Source of the DNA: Podarcis vaucheri
Taxonomy: Eukaryota
Reading direction: 5' to 3' (one strand)
Length of the DNA stretch: 64,000 nt
Assembly (NCBI GenBank): GCA_965113315.1
Contig: OZ220365.1
This document shows, in pieces, positions 1-11,382 of this stretch. Under the pieces are notes generated by a model, which saw only the letters and a program-made list of their open reading frames with translations, was not told the DNA's origin and ran no database searches. A program made the position numbers and the translations under genes. Every line of letters begins with the position of its first letter. Positions within the stretch are counted from its first letter, which is position 1.

Positions 1-70
1 AATAGTTTCACCTCCAGCTCCACCCTCTAATGGAATGTGGCCCTCAGGCTGAAAAAGTCCCCCCCCCCCG
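1..70. mobile_element. Terminal fragment of a hAT-type non-autonomous element
   Basis: Reverse complement (ggggactttttcagcctgagggccacattcc) resembles the left end of the hAT element at 9635. Confidence 0.45.
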
Positions 71-1749
71 TTCCAAACCCAATTGTTTTGTATACCAGAT
101 GTTCTCCATCTCGTACAGCATTTTTAGTTCCAGCATCTTTTGCAGAGACTGCAGCTGGAAATCCTGCTAATGCAAAGAGCACCCCTCTCAAAACTACTCT
201 TGCCTTGGCTGAGGAGGGGAGCAGAAAGAGGAGTTGCATACCAACAAACCTTTTTCCTACAAAGAGCATATAAAGAGGTTGCAAAAGGGAGAGGAGCATT
301 TAGGGGCAGCTCCCGGCTGTCCTCCTGCATCTCTTCAAGCCCCTCTCAAAGATAAGCAGGCCACAAGGCCCTGCGCAATGCCAGAACCTCTCTCATCCTT
401 TGTACCACTTGCGATTAGGGCCACTTTTTGAACCTGGATACTGTACTCAAGTAAAAAGACATGCAGATTGCATCACACATAAATGGTACACATGATACAT
501 GTGAACAAAGGTAGCGAAAAAGACTGTGCCTCGGACGCATCACTAGGGTTCAACTAGAAACTCCTTGATGCTCTAGCACATGATGTTTGAGCATCTGTAT
601 ACTTCTCTCTGGAGCAGACTGACCTTTAAAATGACAGTCACTTATGGTACATGTTCCTATTACTCCTAAAATTAACAAAGCTTATGACTAACCAATCTCC
701 TGGCCAATGCAGAGCCTATTAATGCTGTTATTTATGCATTTACTATTAAAAATGCTCTATCCTTTTTATGGCACTATTATTTATACATGAAGTCCTTCAT
801 AAATATCTTTCATTAAGCACTTACTCCCTAGCTTTTAAATTTTTTTTAATGAAGGTATAATGCCTTGAGGCAAAGCTTACTTGACACTATAGCACAATCC
901 TACTAAGCACAGATCTTACGAAAATCTGTGGCAGGATCTTTCTGGTCCCCCAAAGTCCCTGACATTAAGAGGATGCGCTGTATGTGGTAAGTACTCCCGC
1001 ATCTTTAAGTCGTAGTGTACCTGGAAAAGGGTTTTGAGGGGCCTCTACATGCTGATGACAACACTGGCAAAATAACGTGTGATCCCTGAGCAACTGGAGG
1101 AGGCAGAGGCTTGAGCAGGACATAGAAGACATAAAGAATTGAGAAAAAAGAATGCTAATGAAAGGAGATGGGGCATGTGGAAAACTTTGTATGACAAAGG
1201 GTATGTATGCTATTGCAATGACAGTTACTGAAATCTGTCCAACAGTTCTGCATCCTTATGCACAACTTCACTTCTATTCCATTTCTGTAATCACTCTAAT
1301 GAAAAATTACTACCAAGACCCTTGTACTTCAGATTTCTAGATTTTAGACTGAAAGGTTTCCATCATTTTCTGAATTTCCAGGGCAGTATCATTCCTCTTT
1401 ACTCCTTACAAGTTGCTCAAGCAAGTAAAACAAAGCATGTACAGTACGCATTCCCTAAAACACAGTAAGTGCAGTGTTTGTCCATAAGGAGTACAACTTC
1501 TCAAAGTATTTGACTAAATTGTACTATTGCAAGGATTAGCACTATGTTGAATAGAGCCCACTGTAAATGTATAATGAAGTCATAGTTGCTAATCAGAAGC
1601 TATGAGATTCCCCAATAATGGCAACCAGAAAGACAGGAGCTGTATATACTTTAAGAAGTAAGACGTAGATAGAAAGAAAGAAAGTGATCAACTAGAGTTA
1701 AAATTCTAATTTGGTTTATATCTACAGACACAAAGGACAGTGTTCTTAC

Positions 1750-2018
1750 TGTTCCAGGCATATGACTCCTCTCTTGCTTGCCATTCTGAGGACTGCCATT
1801 TTTCAGTTTCTTTTTCTTCTTTGCCATTTCCTTCTGTTCTCTTTGTTTGTTTTGTACTTCAATAAGGACAGAGATGAAGCTGTTCTTTACTTCCTTCTCA
1901 AATTCCAGCTCATCTCGTCGTGCCAACTGCTGTACTAGCTCCTCAGAGTAGTCCTTGATGGCTGTCTCAATCTCTTCTAACAGATCATTTAATTCTGTCG
2001 CAGATAGATTTTTCACAC
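1750..2018 (-). CDS. FEZ2: FEZ2 exon 5 (coiled coil and basic stretch); gene continues left of the window
   Basis: aacag|GT GTG; translates (R)VKNLSATELNDLLEEIETAIKDYSEELVQQLARRDELEFEKEVKNSFISVLIEVQNKQ...KKKKKLKNG...RSHMPGT; donor GTAAGA; 269 nt, phase 1 to 0. Confidence 0.97.
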
Positions 2019-3070
2019 CTGTTTTCCAAACAGAACAAAAAATTAGGTTGCGTATAATAATGCATACATATCAAAAGCACCATAAATCCAATACTTTGTT
2101 CATAACAAATGCACCCAAAGAGCAACAGCTGCCAAATCTATGAACTTATGATGAAACACTGTTCTGCAACTGCAGCTCACTTCACATGTGATGGTGCATA
2201 TCACCTTCCAAGTGTTGTTGGACTACTTGCATCATCCCTGACTATTGACCAGAAGAATTGAAATGCTATTTTCAAGAGGTGTCACCAGTTTTAAGGACAA
2301 TGTGTACATCTGTCCTACTCAACAGCTGCTTATAGGAGGAGAAAGCCTCCTATCAGGATGGGGCAGAAAAACGTTTAGTTATCCTGGATAACTAAAATTC
2401 CTCAAGACTGCATTTCTCCAGAGAACTGTATCACCGAATATAGTCTGCTTCCACTTCCACTTGGCCTTATCTGTGGACAACATTACAGCAAAACTACCAA
2501 GAGAATGATAGGCAAACATCATAAATTGAAACATGGTAAATCAGGTGTTCATCATTCTATACTGGAAAATACTTGGGGGGGGGGATATCACTTTTGGGTA
2601 TATGAGGCAAACTTCTGTATGTTCCACAAACCGGTATTTGCTTTTAAAAGTTTTCTTACAATATTTATTATATCCAGATGGAGATCAGTGCCATGCAGGC
2701 ATTAGCCTTTACAGACAAAACCTTGTTATGTGAAGATGACATTGCAGTACACTGGAGCATAAAGGTCTTCAGAAGAATCCCAGCTCATTGCAAACTATTC
2801 CATAATCAGGCAAGTTCCAAAAAAAGCAAAAAGAATCCTGGCAAAATGCAGGAAAGTGTTCTGGAAAATGTTTTATTTTGACAGATCAGAAACAACTCCT
2901 TGGGCTTCATATGACTTACTGTTCTGACCTCTTCAGACAAATCATCCAATCAAGGCATCTAATGAAAATCATGCCTAACTGTGTGTATAGAAGTGAAATG
3001 CTCTTTCAAACATTGAACAGTTTGTAAGAAGAGGAAATCAAATGCAAAATACAGCAGAAGGATTCCTTAC

Positions 3071-3215
3071 GTTCTTCATAATTGTGGTTTGTACTAGATC
3101 TCTTAAGCGTTTGAATTTCCTGGGACAGTAAGGACAGGCGGTCTGACTGGGTTGGTGTTTCTTCATCATCTGGATCTGGAGATTCCTGCATCATTTCCTC
3201 TATTTCTTCAATCAC
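3071..3215 (-). CDS. FEZ2: FEZ2 exon 4
   Basis: gaaag|GTG; translates VIEEIEEMMQESPDPDDEETPTQSDRLSLLSQEIQTLKRSSTNHNYEE; donor GTAAGG; 145 nt, phase 0 to 1. Confidence 0.97.
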
Positions 3216-3572
3216 CTTTCAAAGTAAACACACAAACACAGAGTTATGGAAAATCAAAGACACAATGTAACATTCAGGGCTGATTTTTAAAACTTAACGA
3301 TAACTTTCTAAGCATTTTCCTTCAATAGAAGATATTGTCATATGAGGCAAACCTTCTCCTGATATTTCATTTGTGTCTTTTTATGAGAAGGAAGCATACC
3401 TGTAAATCCAAACAAAATTACAATATGATAGCAAAGGCTGGACTTTGGGTTACATTCCTGCATTCCTATAGTTTGTCTCCAAGTGTATTTAGTATTTCTT
3501 CCATTAGAGAGATAAGAAGCTTAATAACAAGGTGCTGTTATCAAAGCTGCATGGGTGCTTTCCGTTCTTTAC

Positions 3573-3689
3573 CTGCTCAGCTGTGAAGAGCGGTTCTTCA
3601 TTGATGCAGGAAACTATAATAGAATGCATGTCTAGTTGCTCTCTCAACTCTTCATCATCTGATAAGTCAAGGTTCATGTTGTCATTAAC
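3573..3689 (-). CDS. FEZ2: FEZ2 exon 3
   Basis: ttatttag|GTT; translates VNDNMNLDLSDDEELREQLDMHSIIVSCINEEPLFTAEQ; donor GTAAAG; 117 nt, phase 0 to 0. Not in ORF track. Confidence 0.97.
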
Positions 3690-4502
3690 CTAAATAACAA
3701 AAAGAAGAGTAAGAAAGTTATTAAAAGCATCAAAACATTATGTGCCAAATCCCAACTATTGTTTTTGGATCCTAAATCCTTCCAAGAAATATGTAATCAT
3801 TTTAAACCAAAGGCAATCCTAAACCCACTGACCTCAGAGCCCCACAACTCCATGGAACTTACTTTTCAGTAAACATGCATAGGATTGCACTGCTAAGCAG
3901 TGGAAACAAAACAACTAGGTCAGAACTTTAGCCCAAAATTAGAGGCAAAATTGCTTTTAGCTGTAACCAAAGAAGTCATTTTCTGATTTGGATATACACT
4001 AAATAAGGTATGGTTTATGTGCATGGGTACATACACGGTTCAGTATTTTAATATGTTGTAAGTCGCTTTAAGATTTTTCAGAAAAGCGATGAACAAATAT
4101 AAACAGGCAGCCACTAACTTAAATAGAACTTACATAACATTGCATAAAAGTCTGCACGCAACTGCAACTATAAGAGTGAAAGGAATGTTAAATATTATTA
4201 CTTTAATTTATTACCCACTGTTCATCCACAGTCACAAAAAATAGGGTGGGTGCTGAAAATACACAACTCAAGTGTCAAAAGGCCAAGGCAAAGAGGTAAA
4301 TACGTCAACTCTCATTTCTAATCATAGAAATTTGGCAGATATATTTTTTAAGAGGTAGCCTCAAGATGGAAACAGAATGTTGAGAATTTTATGTCGAAAG
4401 TTCCTTCATTTGACAAATGATGCAACAACATTGTGGTTATGTGCCACAGCATCAAGCATTCGAGAGAAAGCTGTTCAGAAAGTATTGCAGGTGTGTACTT
4501 AC

Positions 4503-4611
4503 TCCCTTTTCAGAAAGATTCAGTGTTGGCAAATGCAGTGCTCTGGTGTGTGAAGACTTCCAGTCAACTGGCATTACATTACCATAATTATCTGTCAGAG
4601 CATTCCAAATC
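4503..4611 (-). CDS. FEZ2: FEZ2 exon 2
   Basis: Poly-C tract then cag|G ATT TGG. Translates IWNALTDNYGNVMPVDWKSSHTRALHLPTLNLSEKG. Donor GTAAGT; 109 nt, phase 2 to 0. Not in ORF track. Confidence 0.97.
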
Positions 4612-5045
4612 CTGAGGGGGGGGGGGGAATAAATTATATTTTAGCCTTCAAGCTATACAGCAACTACTATATTAAATCTGACAAATAAACTGAGCAACAC
4701 TGTAGTTTTAAAAATGCATTAACCAGGTGAATCCCACAGTGGTTCCAAAATCAAACATTTTGGAACTACATACATAACAATAAAAATGAATCTCTCAACT
4801 AAGATGGGATGGCCCTAATCCATCCTTCCTTGTGTGCAATAAGCTATGCCCCAGATGGTAATACTCATTCCTACCCTCTGCCCTTAGGTAAATAAAAAGC
4901 TATATCCAGCCAGTTCAATGGGACCCAGAAGGCAATCCCCTTCATGATGCACATTTGTAATGCCTATGTGTCCATGGAAGTATACTTGCTTCTGCATGTG
5001 GATTTGCCTTGCTGGGATGGAGTGAATACTTTTAAGGTAATAACA

Positions 5046-5359
5046 TACTGGGGGGGGGGGAGTATTTGATCCCCTGCTAAATTTGCCAGTTTGCCTCCTG
5101 ATGAAGAAATGGCCAGTCCATAATTTTAATGGTAGGTTTATTGTAGCTGTGAGAGACAGAAGAAGAAGAACAGGAAAACCCCCAGAAACCCAGAAGACAA
5201 AAGTCAGAGATTGGTGTGCATTATAATGAGTGAAATAAGTATTTGATCCCCTATCAACCAGCTAGATGTCAGGCTACCTGGTATCTTCACTGTATTTCTT
5301 CGTCAGAGGGCAAACGGGTAAATTTAGCAGGGGATCAAATAGTTCCCCCCCCCTCACTG
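5046..5359. mobile_element. Internally deleted Tc1-like transposon (IR/DR type)
   Basis: ~65 bp terminal inverted repeats (5046-5110 and 5293-5359). The direct repeat AGTATTTGATCCCCT occurs at 5061-5075 and again at 5238-5252. TA TSD not cleanly preserved. Confidence 0.8.
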
Positions 5360-6108
5360 TGGATATGTGAATAACAGCAGCAATTAGCTTTGCATGCACA
5401 GAGGCAAGAATCTAACAATTGCCTTGCTCGGTTAGACTGTATCTAGTCCAGTACTCTTCTCTGTAACAGTGGTCAAATCATATTTCTCTGGGAAGCTCAC
5501 CAGCAAGTCAGCAACACAAATAGCTGACATGTTTTTTGTCTCTAGTAACTGGACTGTGTTGTCTGGGTTCACAGGGCTCTGAAGAATATTCCTCAAAGGC
5601 TTATTGCTTTTGGGGCAACCCAGAGAATATATGTTTATAAACATAGAATCTAATCTGAGAGGATTAACTGTATTGGAGAACAAATCAGAGCAGATGACAA
5701 ACTTGTGCTTGCTAAGAAGCAAACAACATAAAAGGACGAAGTCAAAGTTCCACAGACTTTAAAGAGAAACCTCTAGTGAGCAAGAGGTTTTAAGAACACT
5801 GACAAGCTGGTTCTCAAATATTATGGTTTAGAAGCAACAAATCATGTCTGTGTATGGAAGCTTCCCATGCCTGAGGCTGCAATCTTTTAACCAGGAATAA
5901 GCCCAATTGAATGCAGCGAGTAAAGGTGCAGAACCAACACGTCTGGACGGTTTTGTAAAAGGCCTCTCCTTAAATAAATCAAAGGGCAGTTTTCTGCGCA
6001 CAGATAATTCTCCTTTCACCAGACAGAGAAGTCCCCGCTCTAAGCCGGTTCTGGGGGACTAGAAAAAAGCTTGCCCGCGTGGCCGAGTCCTGACGTACTA
6101 ATGAAGCT

Positions 6109-6168
6109 TCATAGAATGGCAGAGTTGGAAGGGACCCCCGCGGGTCATCTAGTCCAACCCTTGGCAGG
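6109..6168 (-). mobile_element. CR1-type 3' tail fragment (LINE or SINE)
   Basis: tcatagaatggcagagttggaagggaccc...catctagtccaaccc is the reverse complement of the CR1 3' end with its TTCTATGA tail. Confidence 0.7.
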
Positions 6169-7210
6169 CGCAAGCTGGCACGATACCTACAGGAAACAGC
6201 TCTGAGCTTCCGAGGAACCCCCCCCCCCTCACAAGCAAAAGGCCGAGCTCGCCGAACGCCGCCCAAGCAACCCTAGTGTTGCAATCCGACGTCTTCCTCA
6301 AGGGCCTCGGGAACCGCGCAGTGCTGGGGAATGCAGAGGGCGGCGCAGCTCGCTCCCGCCTCCTCGAGGGGGCGATTCTGCGCTCCCAGCAGCCCCTTCA
6401 TCCCCAACCGCCAGCTCTTCGCCGGGAGAAGCCTCTCAGGCCCTACGCTCCCCCAGGGCGTTAATATTTGCCCCCCCCCCAAAACTATGCACCCCGTCCC
6501 GAAAAGGCCACACCGGCCTCGGGGGGGGGGGCGTCACGCACACACACCCCCGGAAGGGTCCCCGGCCCGGCCACTCACTCGTCTTCGTGCAGCGCGCTCT
6601 GGTCGCTGAGAGGCCGCGGCGGGACCCGCGCTTCCCCTTCGGCGCAGCTCGGCGGCGGCGGCGGCGCCTGGAAGCAGAGCGGCAACTGGGCCGCCAGGTC
6701 GTTGCCTCCTCCGCCGCCGCCCCAAGAGCCGCCTTCCCGACACGCCGCCGGGGCCTCCGGGCAGCCGCTCTCCTCGGCCGGGGGCTGGAAGCCCGAGAAG
6801 TCCTGCCAGTCCCCAGCAGGGTCCCGTTGCGAGGCCGCCGCCGCCGCCATGGCCGACGACGCAGCGACTGAGAGGAGAGAGGCCGGCCGGGCCCGGCCTG
6901 CGCGTGCTCGCCGCCTCGCCTCCGCCCCGGCGCTCCGCAGCGCGCGCTCCCGGTTTGCCCGGGCGGAGGGGCGCCCCGTTAAGGAGGGAGGCCGCCCATC
7001 GCTCGCACCGAAACCGAGATCTTGGCCTCTTGGTTTGGGAAGCTTCGCAATCGGAAGCCAGGCCCGCATTCTTGAGCGGGGCTTTGCTCCCTCAGTTTAT
7101 CCACTCTCCTCTAGAATTTGCAGCCTCTTGGAATTTAAGAGCTAGCCAAGTGCCGTAGTAAACCACACCTGTGCACACCGGTGCGAACCGTGTCCCGCCC
7201 CCATTGCTAC
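6150..7210 (-). promoter_or_regulatory. CpG island / TATA-less promoter of FEZ2
   Basis: Abrupt GC- and CpG-rich segment in AT-rich surroundings that covers exon 1; GC boxes at ~6961 (GGGCGGAG) and ~7194-7200 (CCCGCCC). Boundaries approximate. Confidence 0.85.
6579..6850 (-). CDS. FEZ2: FEZ2 coding exon 1 (fasciculation and elongation protein zeta-2)
   Basis: ATG at 6850 in strong Kozak context (GCCATGG). Translates MAAAAASQRDPAGDWQDFSGFQ...LPLCF...RPLSDQSALHEDE, matching the FEZ2 N-terminus (GDWQDF, LCF). Donor GA|GTGAGT at 6578; 272 nt, ends phase 2. Confidence 0.93.
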
Positions 7211-8032
7211 CTATCACTACCTGCTTCAGTTAGAACAACCGATTTTGAATTGGATTTAAAGAAGAAGAGTTACATTAGGGGCCGCTGGTGGTAACATTTC
7301 GGGTGGGTTGGGCTGCAGTTTTTAGCCTGACATGTTTTCATAGGAAGTGAGTGTGCGGCACTTTTTAAGGAAAGGGTGCCATTACACATGTGCAGAGTGC
7401 TGCTGTCCCCACACTTTATCTAAAATAAAGGGGGGCGGCGGAATTATTCTTGCGCATCTACGGACATCTTCCAGGCAAGAGCACTCAAGTATGATTTTCA
7501 AACAAGGTTGACGCCATAACTCTTATTTAGAAATTTAGTTGTTCCATGTAAGTTTTAAAATGCATGTATCGATTTCACTGACCATAGTACACACAACTTT
7601 TTAAAATGTGAGGAACGCTTGCTTCCAATGGCATGCAGTTTTCTTGCCCCTACAAATCAGTTTAACTTTTAATGGGAAAAAATGCTTTCCCCACTCTTAG
7701 GTTTTTTTTAAAGGATTCCAACCAACAGACCAAATAAAATAAAATAAAATAATTTCAGCCAGGGCATAGCAGCACATGCAGAGCATGACACTAGGGTAAT
7801 CATAATCGGCCTCTGTGTTAGGAATAGTATTTTCCAGATTTGAGGAAGGATGTTGAGTCAGTCACTGTGATATTTAAACAGGCATAGAGACCAAACTTTT
7901 CATTTTAAAAATTCACTGACAAACTCTCAAAAAAGCAACCTCTAAATAATAGTGACTGCATTTTCATGCATTCCTTTGCATTCAAGATATACTGAACTTA
8001 AACTAGGAGAGAGGCTTGTTGGAAGCAGATCT

Positions 8033-8095
8033 ACAAGCTCGGTGGACCAGGGGAATGCTGTGGACATAGCGTATCTTGATTTCAGTAAGGCTTTT
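8033..8095 (+). mobile_element. Short internal CR1 reverse-transcriptase fragment
   Basis: Translates TSSVDQGNAVDIAYLDFSKAF, the CR1 RT motif 'YLDFSKAFD'. Confidence 0.75.
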
Positions 8096-8574
8096 AAGCA
8101 TCACTTAAATCCTAAAATGAGTGGTGGGGATGAACTTCATGGATGTCCTCCAAAATGTTTGTACTTTTCCCCTCCAAAAAACCAAACAAAAACATTTTGC
8201 TTCTCAGTGAGTGACTGTGAACATGTACAGATTGGATGGGAAGCATCTAAAAATATATATCTGAGCATAGAGTCCATGGGTAGCCAACTTGGTGCCTTCC
8301 AGGTTAATGGATAGGACCTTCCCTACCAAGCAGAGAGGCACTACTTCACACAACTGAATGAGGGTGTCATGGAAAAGCAGCAATTCATTAACTATTTAAT
8401 TTATTTCTATTTTAGTGCCAAGGAGGAAGGAGAGGTGCTTGTGGGATTTTATGTCTCAGCTGTCATAATAACTTGATAGAGCTTGGGTAAGCACCTTTAT
8501 ATGCATAGCCATATGCAATTCTGCTTCTTGACATATGCAGGTGTAGGAGTGAATGTGCAAGACAGATAGATGTA

Positions 8575-9195
8575 TTGCTGCTGTAATGGGCTGGATGAGA
8601 GCCAATAACCTGAAGCTTAATCCATAGAAGACTAAGGCAATGGTAGGAAGTGGTTCCTGAGACTGAATGGAGTGGCTTTTGTCTGTGCTGGATTGGGTTA
8701 CACTACCTCTGAAGGACTTTTGGATCCACTACTGTTGCTCAAAGCTCAAGCCTTGCAGTGAGGTGCCTTCCACCATGCACCCTGCATGGACAAGCACAGT
8801 TTAACACCTGTTGTCTAGGCTCTGGTTAGATTGCTGCAATGCATTATATGTGGGGCTGCCTTTGAAGATGGTTTGGAAACTGCAGCTGGTGCAGAATTCA
8901 GTGGCCAAATTGCTGACCAGGGAACGATGGTCCAAACATATAAAACCAATTATGGTATGACTGCTCTAGATACCAGTTACCTTCTGGGCTCAATTCATAG
9001 TGCTGGTTTTGACCTAAAAAGCCTTATGCGGCTCAGAACCTCAATATCTCAAGGACTGCCTATCCCCTCATGAACCAACCTGGAGCCTGTGTTCCCTTTC
9101 CAAGACCCTTCCACAGGGTGTGGAAAGTGGTGACATGAGAACAGGCTTTTCAGTGGTGGCTCCCTGCTTGTGGAATGCCTTTAGGCACCAGTGGA
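8575..9195 (+). mobile_element. Decayed L2 LINE, ORF2 C-terminal part
   Basis: Frame fragments WMRANNLKLNP, CNALYVGLPLKMVWKLQLVQN and AFSVVAPCLWNA, typical of the L2 ORF2 3' region. Boundaries approximate. Confidence 0.8.
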
Positions 9196-9271
9196 CAGCT
9201 TTGATACATTTTTTGTGAGCTAGTAAAAATGTGAACTCTTAAGTTGTAACTGGCATTTCTGCTATCTAGTA

Positions 9272-9499
9272 CAGTGGTACTTTGGTTCTTGAACTCAATC
9301 TGTTCTGGAAGTCTGCTCAATTTCCAAAACGTTCGAAAATCAAGGCCCGACTTCTGATTGGCTGATTGGTCCCGGAAACAATGCTGACAGCCAAAACAGA
9401 CGTTCGGCTTCCAAAAACATTCGCAAACCGGAACACTTACATCCGGGTTTGTGGCATTTGGGAGCTGATTTGTTCATCAGCTAAGCCGTTTGGGAACCA
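9272..9499. mobile_element. Tc1/mariner (Tigger/pogo-like) MITE, right end truncated
   Basis: TA|CAGTGGTAC left terminus shared with the copies at 42101 and 45656. Confidence 0.7.
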
Positions 9500-9634
9500 T
9501 TTTTTTGCCATTATATGTGTTTCTTTCAGATACCTAAGCCCAGTAACTCTGAAGTAACACAATTTGAAGCAATAGTTGGCTCCTGTTTCTACATGCTGTG
9601 GAACCATAACCAGGAGCTGATTCTGTGTGTACAG

Positions 9635-10524
9635 CAGGGGTGGAGAACCTTTTTTCATTTTGAGGACTACAGTCCCTTATGAGGGACCCATATCAGTGGT
9701 GGACAGAGGAATAAATGCAGATTTTACCTTTGTACATGCTAAAGAGCGAGCTGGCAGTAAATTACAGAGTTCAGAGTTGGAGAAAACTTTATCAGCAGAA
9801 AGACAAACTGCAGAGACAAGGCCAAGTGTCGGGCCTAACGAGCACAGCTGCTCCTCCCCAGTAGGTCTTACTCCATGAATCAGTTGCTGAGACTCACCAC
9901 AGCTGTAAGTCCACTCCACTCTAGTGCTTTTTTTCAAGAAAAAGTGCCTGTGTGTAGCCAATCCTCCACCCTTTTTATGCCTTTCCTGGTTCTGGGAGAT
10001 TGAGGGTGTGGGGAGCTCGTTGCAGCAGGAGAGGGGATACCTGTGACTTTTCAGCAGCCTGACTCATCTCTGCCTCGTTCTCGCCTCCTTCAGCTTCAGC
10101 ATCTGATTCTGGTCTTCTTTCTGCCACACTAAGCCCTGTTGCCTCTTCAACTTCTGACACCTCTTTCCATTCTTCTCCCTTGTCTCCAGCGTCATCACAT
10201 CAGCGCTCCATGGTCTCTGAGTCGTCTTCTCCTGGTGGTTCTCCAGCTGGTTTCTCCCACTATTCTGCGTCCAAAGAGTTCATGACAGTACAGCCCTCTA
10301 GTTTCTTTGCACTCCCACATCCCTCTTTGGCCTCCATCCAGACCCCCAAGAAGCACCATCAGAATTCAAGGAAACATTCCAGCCAGGTAAAAGCACTCAA
10401 TGAGGGTGCAAAGCAAGACCGGTAAGGGGCGTTGATTTGGAGGTGTTGTGACATAAGGAGAGCTTCAAGAGCCAGGCAGAGAGGCCTGGAGTGCTGCATT
10501 TGGCCCCTGAGCCTGAATGTCCCC
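9635..10524. mobile_element. Old hAT-type non-autonomous element interrupted by a solo LTR
   Basis: Left end CAGGGGTGGAGAACC; right subterminal gcatttggcccctgagcctga; flanking 8-mers GTGTACAG and GCATACAG, both derivable from GCGTACAG by CpG decay. Confidence 0.55.
9737..10287 (-). mobile_element. Solo LTR (Gypsy-like, 551 bp)
   Basis: TG...CA termini and perfect 5-bp TSD GTACA (9732-9736 and 10288-10292). Orientation inferred from a TATA-like CATAAAAA (9979-9972) and a later GATAAA on the minus strand. Confidence 0.8.
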
Positions 10525-11114
10525 GCATACAGTGACAACAGTGGCAGTTGGGTCCTATTGGTTACATAAAGATACTTGCTGTCTCCCTGTGCCACCCCCT
10601 TCCCATTTTTGTACTAAAATGCTCTCAATCTCTTTAACAATTGCTGCAGTGCCTGGTCAAGTAAATTTTTTTTGTCATACATCAGTATTAGTGGCATACC
10701 AACAGAATAAAGAGTAATGATACAAAGCTCTGCATATGTCGCAGTTAAGGATTATGTTAAGGATATGAATGCTTAAGTGTTGGTGAAATGTTTGGTACAA
10801 TTCTTCAAAAATAAAGGGGAGAAATCCCCCTAAACATCCCAATATGGACTGAGCATGCTTAGTGGACACAAAATGCTGACTGTTGGAGGAAGGAAAACAG
10901 AAAACTGCAGTCAATATATTGGAATATCCTAGCAGAGGGCATTGTTTGCTGGAATTGTGAACAGGAACACTCTACACTGCAACACTGTGGCAGCAGGTTC
11001 CACTGTATACCTTTTTGCCACAATGTAACTGGGAAACAATAAAACACTAAAAGATGTTAAACATAACAGAGAAGAAATCAATTAGAAACTTATGAAAAGT
11101 TCATCAAGTTAATT

Positions 11115-11120
11115 TTTATT
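11115..11120 (-). terminator. Putative CRIM1 distal poly(A) signal
   Basis: AATAAA on the minus strand, followed ~20-50 nt downstream by U/GU-rich sequence (ttttcataagtttctaattgatttcttctctgttatgttt). Confidence 0.65.
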
Positions 11121-11329
11121 GTGCTGCCAAGAGCCAAATTACAAGAAACCGTCTTACATTTTAAAAAGTAAACAAGCAATCTGCCGAATTGCAGTGCACT
11201 CCAAGTGCCACATATGCATCTATTTATTTTTTTCCAGAAAATTATCTATCTGCATTTCTCTTACAAGAGCACAACAGGAACCAAAGTAAAAGAATGTAAT
11301 GGATACAGCACATAGGATAAATAATATCT

Positions 11330-11382
11330 TCAAAATAATAATAAAATAATAATAATAATAATAAAATAATAATAATAATAAA
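11330..11382. repeat. (AAT)n-type microsatellite in the CRIM1 3' UTR
   Basis: Interrupted AAT/AAAAT run. Confidence 0.9.

Noticed and set aside
393-440. Possible FEZ2 alternative terminal exon (cag|YPGSKSGPNRKWYKG*), in phase with exon 5
   Set aside because: No similarity to known FEZ2 exon 6 (YLTTVIP...) or to the alternative RFSMEG exon; weak pyrimidine tract; the surrounding sequence looks repeat-derived.
6468-7145. 225-aa plus-strand ORF and other overlapping ORFs at 5979-7158
   Set aside because: Stop-poor shadow frames of the GC-rich CpG island, antisense to FEZ2 exon 1; low complexity, no domain.
9975-10160. Acidic 61-aa ORF (MSEVEEATG...)
   Set aside because: Lies wholly inside the solo LTR; explained by purine-rich composition.
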